NCBI RefSeq assembly: GCF_009914755.1
Contig: NC_060926.1
Reading direction: 5' to 3' (one strand)
Origin: the human T2T-CHM13v2.0 reference genome, Homo sapiens
Length of the DNA: 64,000 nt
The position numbers and the translations under genes are program-made. A model generated the notes under the pieces. That model did not search any database. It worked only from the letters and a program-made list of their open reading frames with translations, and was not told the origin of the DNA. Positions 56,826 to 64,000 of the stretch are shown in pieces (position 1 is the first letter of the stretch; each line of letters starts with the position of its first letter).

Positions 56826-57000
56826 GTGTGGACCAAGCATGGGATTTGGAGACCAATAACCCTGGCTCTGACATGTATTAGCTGTGTGATTTTGGGAGCC
56901 TCAGTTTCCTTATCTGTGAAATGGAGGTAGCAATGCCTTCTACACAGGGCTACTGTGAGCAATGCGGATACTGTCATTGAAACATTGGGCATGCGATTAT
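56826..57000 (+). mobile_element. MIR SINE
   Basis: TTAGCTGTGTGATTTTGGG...GCCTCAGTTTCCTTATCTGTGAAATGG. Confidence 0.85.
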
Positions 57001-57207
57001 TAAAATAACGGAAACATTTTCTGTCTTGAGATACAGTTTAATGTCACTGAAAGAGCATACGCCTTAGGGCCAGTGAGACCTCAGCTACATCCTGTCCTGC
57101 TGCTTCCCCTCTCTGGGACCATTGGCAGGTCGCCAGCAAACCTCTCTGAGAGTCTGTAGAATGGGCTAATGCCATCTGCCTTGTAAAGATTAGAGAAGCT
57201 ATTCTGT

Positions 57208-58172
57208 TTTAAATATTTATTTTTGTGGGTATATAGTAGGTGTATATATTTATGAGCTGCATGAGATGTTTTGATACAGGTATGCAATGTGTAATAATCA
57301 CATCAGAGTGAATGGGGTATCCATCCACTTATGTACTTAACCTTTGTCTTACAAACAATCAAATTTATACTCTTTTAATTATTTTAGAATGTACAACTAA
57401 ATTATCATTGACTATAGTTACCCTGTCATGCTATCAAATACTAGGTCTTATTCATTTTTCTAACTATATTTTTGTATCCATTAACCATTCACACCTCCTC
57501 GCTACCTCCCACTACCCTTCCCAGCCTCTGATAACCGTCCTTCTACTCTCTATCTCTATGAGTTCGATTGTTTTAATTTTTAGCTCTTACATAATAAGTG
57601 AGAACATGCGACGTTAGCCTTTCTGTGCCTGGCTTATTTCACTTAACATAATGGCCTCCATTCCATCCATGTGGTGCAAATGACTCGATCTCTTCTTTTT
57701 TCTGGCTGAGTAGCACTCCATTGTGTATATGTACTACCTTTATCCATTCATCTGTTGATGGACGTTTAGGTTGCTTCCAAATCTTGGCTATTGTGAACAG
57801 TGCTGCAATAAAACATGGGAGTGCAGATCTCTCTTTGATGCACTGATTTCCTTTCTTGTGGGTATATATCCAGCAGTGGGATTGTTGGATCATATGGTAG
57901 CTCTATTTTTAGTTTTTTGAGGAACCTCCAAATTGTTCTCTATAGTGGTTGTACTAATTTACATTCCCACCAACAGTGTATGAGAGTTCCCTTTTCTCCA
58001 CATCTTCACCAGCATTTGTTATTACCTAAAGGCCATTTTAACTGGGGTGAGATGATATCTCATTGTAGTTTTGTTTGCGTTTCTCTAATAATCGGTGATG
58101 TTGAGCACTTTTTATATGCCTGTTTGCCATTTTATGTCTTCTTTTGAGAAATATCTATTCAGGTCTTTTGCT
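57208..58172 (-). mobile_element. L1MA-type LINE 3' part
   Basis: TTTTTGTGGGTATATAGTAGGTGTATATATTTATG reverse 3' end; FIAALFTIAKIWKQPK ORF2 motif. Confidence 0.92.
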
Positions 58173-58178
58173 CCCCCC

Positions 58179-58434
58179 TTTTTTTTGAGAAAGGGTCTCC
58201 CTCTGTTCCCCAGGGCGGAGTGCAGTGTTATGACCATGGCTTACTGTAGCTTTGACCTCCTAGGCTCAACTGATCCCCCATCTCAGCCTCCTGAATAGCT
58301 GGGACCACAGGCACATGCCACCACACCTGGCTAATTTTTTGCATTTTTTTTGTAGAGACGAACTCTTGGCATGTTGCTGGTGTTGAACTCCTGGGCTCAA
58401 GTGATCCGCCCACCTCAGCCTCTCAAAGGGCTGG
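58179..58434 (-). mobile_element. AluJ SINE, 5' end missing
   Basis: CTCCTGGGCTCAAGTGATCC AluJ diagnostics; stops at CAAAGGGCTGG. Confidence 0.9.
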
Positions 58435-58479
58435 TGAGATTGCCTACAGATAGGGTATGCGTGGGAGCTGTAGACAGCA

Positions 58480-58760
58480 GTGCCATTGATACTGAGATGG
58501 GAAGTCTAGGAACACCTGGGTTCCTTGTTACTATTGTTTTGCTCTTGGCAAGGAGGGATTTGGAACCATGAGGCCTGCTTTGAACAAGTTTGAAATGTGC
58601 TTAGATACCCAAGTGAGGCTGTCAAGCAGGAAGGTGGGTAGAGGAGTCAGGGGTTTCAGGGAATGATGTGGGCTGAAGGTACCATCCGCACTAAGATGGG
58701 ATTTACAGCCAAAGTCTGAATGAGCCCTGGGTTGAGCCCAAGGGAGTGAAGAACCTGGAG
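58480..58760 (-). mobile_element. L2 LINE remnant
   Basis: GTGCCATTGATACTGAGATGGGAAG and GTTTGAAATGTGCTTAGATACCCAAGTG motifs. Confidence 0.6.
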
Positions 58761-58984
58761 GGAGGCTCTGCTGATGGAGTTAGATGCCATTTCAGCTGCA
58801 ATCATGACCCTTGTCTGCCTAGACCTGGAGATAGAAAAATTTTCATTTCCTCTCTGCCAAGCCTCTTTTTCCACTCCTTACCCCACACGGCCACACCCAC
58901 ATCTCAGATCCTGAAAACAAAGATGGTTCTCAGTCTCAAGATAGTCTAGTGCCTCCCAGATCTGGGACTAGAGAGAGGTCAGCG

Positions 58985-59150
58985 TGCTACTTGCTTCGGG
59001 TGCAAAACGAGGGGGTACCAAAACACTCAATAATCAAGATAAGTAATATTTTAATGCAAAATATTTTTAAAAACCAAAATTAGTGCCAAAAAATTCATGA
59101 TGAACAAAATATCAAAATGTTTTTTTAAAAGACAGCATCATTGACAGTAC
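58985..59150. mobile_element. MER96B-like hAT fragment
   Basis: AATCAAGATAAGTAATATTTTAATGCAA...CATGATGAACAAAATATCAAAAT. Confidence 0.6.
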
Positions 59151-59257
59151 CTCACCCTATTGAAGCCAGAGGCGAAAGGAAAGATCTGAATTCTGCCCCT
59201 ATCTTTAGGTAGAAAGTGAAACTCCCCACTTCCCTCAGCCTGGGCCCGGCCTCCACA

Positions 59258-59421
59258 GCCTCCTCCAGACTCGCCTGCACATTGAAATCAATCATTCTTC
59301 TTTTAAGAAAATGCAGGTGGCTGGGCTCCATCCACCACAAGTCACTGCAAAGAGAATGTCAGGGGTGGGACCTGAGCATCCCCAGGTGATTCTATGGCAC
59401 AGTCCAGACTGAGAATCCCCG
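59258..59421. mobile_element. MER5-like MITE, diverged
   Basis: CTGCACATTGAAATCA...GGGGTGGGACCTGAGCATCCCCAGGTGATTCT...TGAGAATC. Confidence 0.7.
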
Positions 59422-60016
59422 AGTTAAAACGCTGCCATTCTTAGGTTAATAACAGTCACTGCCGGAGTCCGGAGGACTACTAGAAAGCCAGCCACCCCTC
59501 CTCTGGGGCAGAGAGAGGCAGAAGCGAGTAATTATACTTTTATTTTTCCTGCATAGAAACTGGAGAAAAGCCAAAAGTCGGGAATCTCTCTGCCAAGCCC
59601 AGATTTATAGGTTCCTGGATAGCCCTTGCAGCCACAGACTGGTGGCTCACTCCTGGCTCACCTGCTCGCTCTCCAGCTGACGGTCCTGAATCCTGCCTTG
59701 CCTGTCGTGGCAGGTCATTAGGCATCACCAGGATACAGTGTCACCTTCCGCCACAGAAACAGCATATTCCTTTGTAAGGGGATTGTGAGAAGCAAACTCA
59801 AAGCAAATGCCGTTCACGGTACCTGGAATGTGCTAAGGCCTCAGCAAAGGGCAACCATTGTTACCACTGTTAATACTTAACTAACTTCAACTTCATAATA
59901 ACGGCACTGAAGGTGAATATATGTATTCCTTTAGCCGAGTGGACAGATTCTGCAGGTGCGTCGGGTAGATTCACTGTGTTTTCCTCTGGGAACCTATGTT
60001 CATGTAGTCTGGGAAT

Positions 60017-60600
60017 AAATATTTATTATTTACCCACTGAGAACTAGGCACTAGGGCCAGGATGGGGGAAAATAAAAGACCAAGCCTCTCCCCTTGTAGT
60101 GCTTATGGAGAGACAGAATAAGTCAAAGAACAGGCAAATGTACCATTCAGTGTGAAGTAGAGGAATGTGCTTTGAAGAATAAAGTGAGATAGAAGGACAG
60201 AGAGAGCCTGGGGGTGCTATGTAAGCCAGGAACTGGGGGGCACTAGGGCACAGCCATGAATGAGGTAGAGGAGTGAGCCATGACCTCATCTGGAGGAAGC
60301 ATAGTGCAAAGGCCCTGGGTGGAAATGCTCCTGGCTCTTCCAGGAACCATAGGGGGCCCACACGGCTGCAGTGAAATGGGAGAGGTTGGAGCCTGGCGGG
60401 AGAGTAAGGGATTGGGTTCTGGGTTCATATTCTGAATGCGATGGGAAGCCATGGGAAGGTTTGAATGGGGAGAGTGTAGTATGGCTTGATCACTTTTTAT
60501 ACATGTTATCGAGAGATAAAAGAGGCTAATAAATCCTAATGCATTAGCCACGTGGGGCAGTGGGGGAACGGTTGCTGTAGAGGCCTCCAGTGAGGGGATA
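60017..60600 (-). mobile_element. L2 LINE 3' remnant
   Basis: AAATATTTATT...CTAGGCACT, TGCAAAGGCCCTGG and GATGGGAAGCCATGGGAAGGTTTGAA. Confidence 0.75.
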
Positions 60601-61531
60601 TGGGGCTTTGCCTGCCACGGGAACCTTCTACCTGCCCTAGAGAGCAAACCCTCCCTGAGAACACTTCCTGAACCCTGCCTAAGGCCCAGGGGTGGGCACA
60701 CCCCTGCAAGACGGGGTTTCAGGAGCAGCTCTTGGTGCCCTGGGCCTTCACAGTGACCCCAGCTCTCACGGCCTTGCTACTGAGGGCCGCCACTGCTCTC
60801 TCTCTCCCAACAATTATTCCGTTCTCTCTGTAGAAAGAAAGACAAGAAGGCCAGAGGAGTTAGAAGCAGAATTTCTGCACCCGTGAATGGCTTCTTGAAA
60901 TAACCTCAGGGTTCAAAGTGTTCACTTCCTTGGGTGCCTGAGCTCTGGTGGACAGGATGTCCCTCCTTCCAGCTGGGGGCTTGATAGCATCTGAGCACTC
61001 TCATATGGCCAGGACCTCCTGGCCTCAGTCAGTGCTGGGCTTTTTTCCAGCCTGAAATAAATGCTCAGCTTGCTGCTATTTACCAGTCTGTGTACTTCAC
61101 AGCAGGCACCTAGGTTAAACCAGGTGAGGCTGCAGCCAGGCTTTGGGGAAGTGGGTGCAGCATCTTGGGAGGCCCTCCTTTGTGCAGGTCAGGAAGGAGG
61201 GCTGGAGCCCACAGCAGACGACGTGGGAGAACATCCAACAGGTACATGTGCAGCTCCCACTGTGTGCCAAAGACAATCAGACAATCCCAGGTGCTCAAGG
61301 GACACAGCTAACGAAACAGGAAAAGGACCCAGCCTTTGGGGGCTGACAGGCCAGGGGGAGATAGCTCCTCTAGCTGAGCTGCCCCTTCCTTCCCAAGTAA
61401 AGTTTCTGCTGTCACTTCTCAGGGATCAAAACTGCTCTACCAATGGCTCTGGCTACAGTCTTCCCCACGTCTCATCTTAGCCTTTACAAAGTCAGTTAAA
61501 AAACATCAGTCATGCTAAAATCACTCTTCAG

Positions 61532-61870
<339 letters not shown>

Positions 61871-62058
61871 TCAGTCTGTGGAGATTCATTCCACAGACAT
61901 GCATGTGCACCTGCTCTGTGCTGGACAGTGTTATGTGCAGAATGTTTATTGCTTGCTGTTCATTTGATTTTTTTTTTAAATCATTGGATCTATATTGAAT
62001 TTATATTTTTGTTGAATTTTCTGGCAGTATAGGAGCCACACAAATAAAGAGCTTACAG

Positions 62059-62518
62059 TGTTAAGAAAAAAAATATTCAATGACACTCGATAAAGCACAA
62101 TAGAGCTTACTTTATTCAGGACCATCTTGATAGGTGTAGGGACAATTACAATGGCGTTTTGCAGTGGGGGAGAGATTGGGCTCAACTCCGAATCCAGCAG
62201 GGGCAAATGGGAGCAGGGTCAGGGTTAATGGATGGAAATTACTGAGAGGAAACATCAAGCTTATGGGGGATTCTGGCAAAACAAACCTAACAGGCCTGAA
62301 AACAGGCCAGGGTGACCGGATATCCCCTGGGGATGGTGGAGGCTGAGGATCCTGATCAAGTATAGAGGATGATTAGATGTTAAGGATAGGAGGTTCTTGC
62401 CAAACTGACTTAGCAGGATTCTTTGCTAGGACTGGATTTTACAAGGAAGTGTACAGATGGGCTTAGCAGAAGATTGAAAAGCCTGACTAAAGTTTGGTCA
62501 AGCAGAGACTCTTTGTCA
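62059..62518 (-). mobile_element. MER31-like ERV1 solo LTR
   Basis: TG...CA termini; ACTTTATTCAGGACCATC, GAGAGATTGGGCTCAACTCCGAAT, GACTAAAGTTTGGTCAAGC; TSD ACAG/ACAC. Confidence 0.82.
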
Positions 62519-63899
62519 ACACCGACATGCACATTTGTGCGTATTTAAATCAGAATACAATTAGTGTAACTGAAATCAAGGCAGATCTGTACCTAACTGG
62601 AGTCTACCACTGAATTTGAAGAAAGGGCTTGTGAAGAAACTGCAGGCTGAAATGAAGCCGGGGGCAGCAGTTTCCCACCGGGAACACCTTTTATTGCCCT
62701 TCAGTCGGACTTTGGGGTGAACTCCTGACTCGGCAAAAGCACATACAACACTGAATCTCCTGTGATACAAAAAACTAGAAGACATCTCTGGTTTGGAGTT
62801 TTTTTGCACTGATAAATGTCATCCCCTGAGGGTTCTAAGTGTAGCAGCGTGGAGACCAAATTCCTTACACTTGAGTCACATTCCCTCCTCAGAAGACCTC
62901 CTAACCTTGGACTTGTCCATAGTAAGGATTTAATGAATGCATGTAAATGACATTTCACACATTTTGATTTATTTGTTTTTACCAACCGTAAGAGAACTTA
63001 GCCTCCTGGGTCTTCCTGGAGAAGCAGCTATTTTCTCTTCAGATACGATATAATCTTCCCTTTTCTGTCCCAATGTATTTCTCCCTTTCCCTCCAGCCTT
63101 TTCTATTTGGACCCGTGTCATCTTCTTATTGAGGAAATCAGTCAGAGGTTGCTTTTTATAAGCTTTCTCATTCTGGTTGATTTAGCTATTATTAGACCAT
63201 TTTGATTTCTTCCTAAAGTATTCATATTTAATTACATGTTTTTCTTCTGCCTTTGGTTCAAGTGTGCTCATTATGTAGTATTTAGTCTGTCTCAAGTTTA
63301 TTATTAGACTTTTCATTGTTCCTCTATTTGCTAAATTGCAGAGAATTTGTATTTTTAGGATTCTCTCCATTCATGGTGTCATTCCTTGAGGAAAGCCAAA
63401 GAAATATTAAAAAGTTGGCTTTGCTCAGTGTTTCCAGCTCCAGGTGTAGAAGAATCCTACATACAGAATTGAAGCTGGTTGATTTTGTCGTCAGCCAGCT
63501 TGTGAGCGTTACTTTAACAAAGTCAGCTTGGTACTAGAGCCTTTTCTTACAATGAATGGTTGAAAACCAGGGGAATTGAGATACTGAAATGTTTCATCAT
63601 CCACTTTTGGTACTTTCAGTGTAGCTCCTGCTATAGAATCTTGCTTTGAAGATGAATATAAAGCTAACCACATGGATGAACGGTGGCCTGGCTCAGAACC
63701 TGTGACTCCACCATACCACTGTGGGTTTCTGATATAAGCAGGCAATCAGCCCACAGCTGCTGCTGCAGTGCCCTTTCTTTCAACATCAAGGGAGCCCCAT
63801 CTACTCGCCTCTGCTTCTTCTTGGCCATTTCACAGCTTATTAGAAGCTATTTCATAGAATGGTGAGGGGCATGACTATTACTACTATTCTCACTTGACT

Positions 63900-64000
63900 C
63901 AGTTGTTCATTCATTCAGTCAGCAGATATCTGCTGAAGGGCTACTATTTTAGGTGCTGAGGATAGAACTGTGTACAAACTAACTAATGTTCCTCTTCTTG
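63900..64000 (-). mobile_element. L2 3' tail fragment
   Basis: TTCATTCATTCAGTCAGCAGATAT...CTACTAT...TAGGTGCTGAGGATA. Confidence 0.7.

Overview
This is human or close great-ape genomic DNA, judged from AluJ/S/Y, a young L1PA2-type insertion, THE1A, MLT1/MLT2, MIR and L2. I find no supportable protein-coding exon. The core functional element is a CpG-island promoter (~18.78-19.73 kb) with an ATG-less first exon ending at a GC|GTAAGT donor (19301/19302). The remaining ~44.7 kb is most simply intron 1 of a + strand gene that I cannot name with confidence. Upstream lie two decayed ERVL-class proviral remnants in opposite orientations either side of an L1MB. The intron holds a ~6 kb old sense-oriented L1, a full-length THE1A provirus, several solo LTRs and many SINEs. 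I see no novel multi-gene system. The most interesting signals are small: a 94-bp inverted templated insertion copied from ~1 kb away, further template-switch scars, a 22-bp LTR33-derived minisatellite arraying NR5A-type motifs, a THE1A whose 5' LTR alone keeps the DUX4 motif, and an apparently L1-mobilised polyadenylated MER41 stub. Repeat family names come from recalled consensus sequences, not a database search, so subfamily labels and the boundaries of old elements are approximate.
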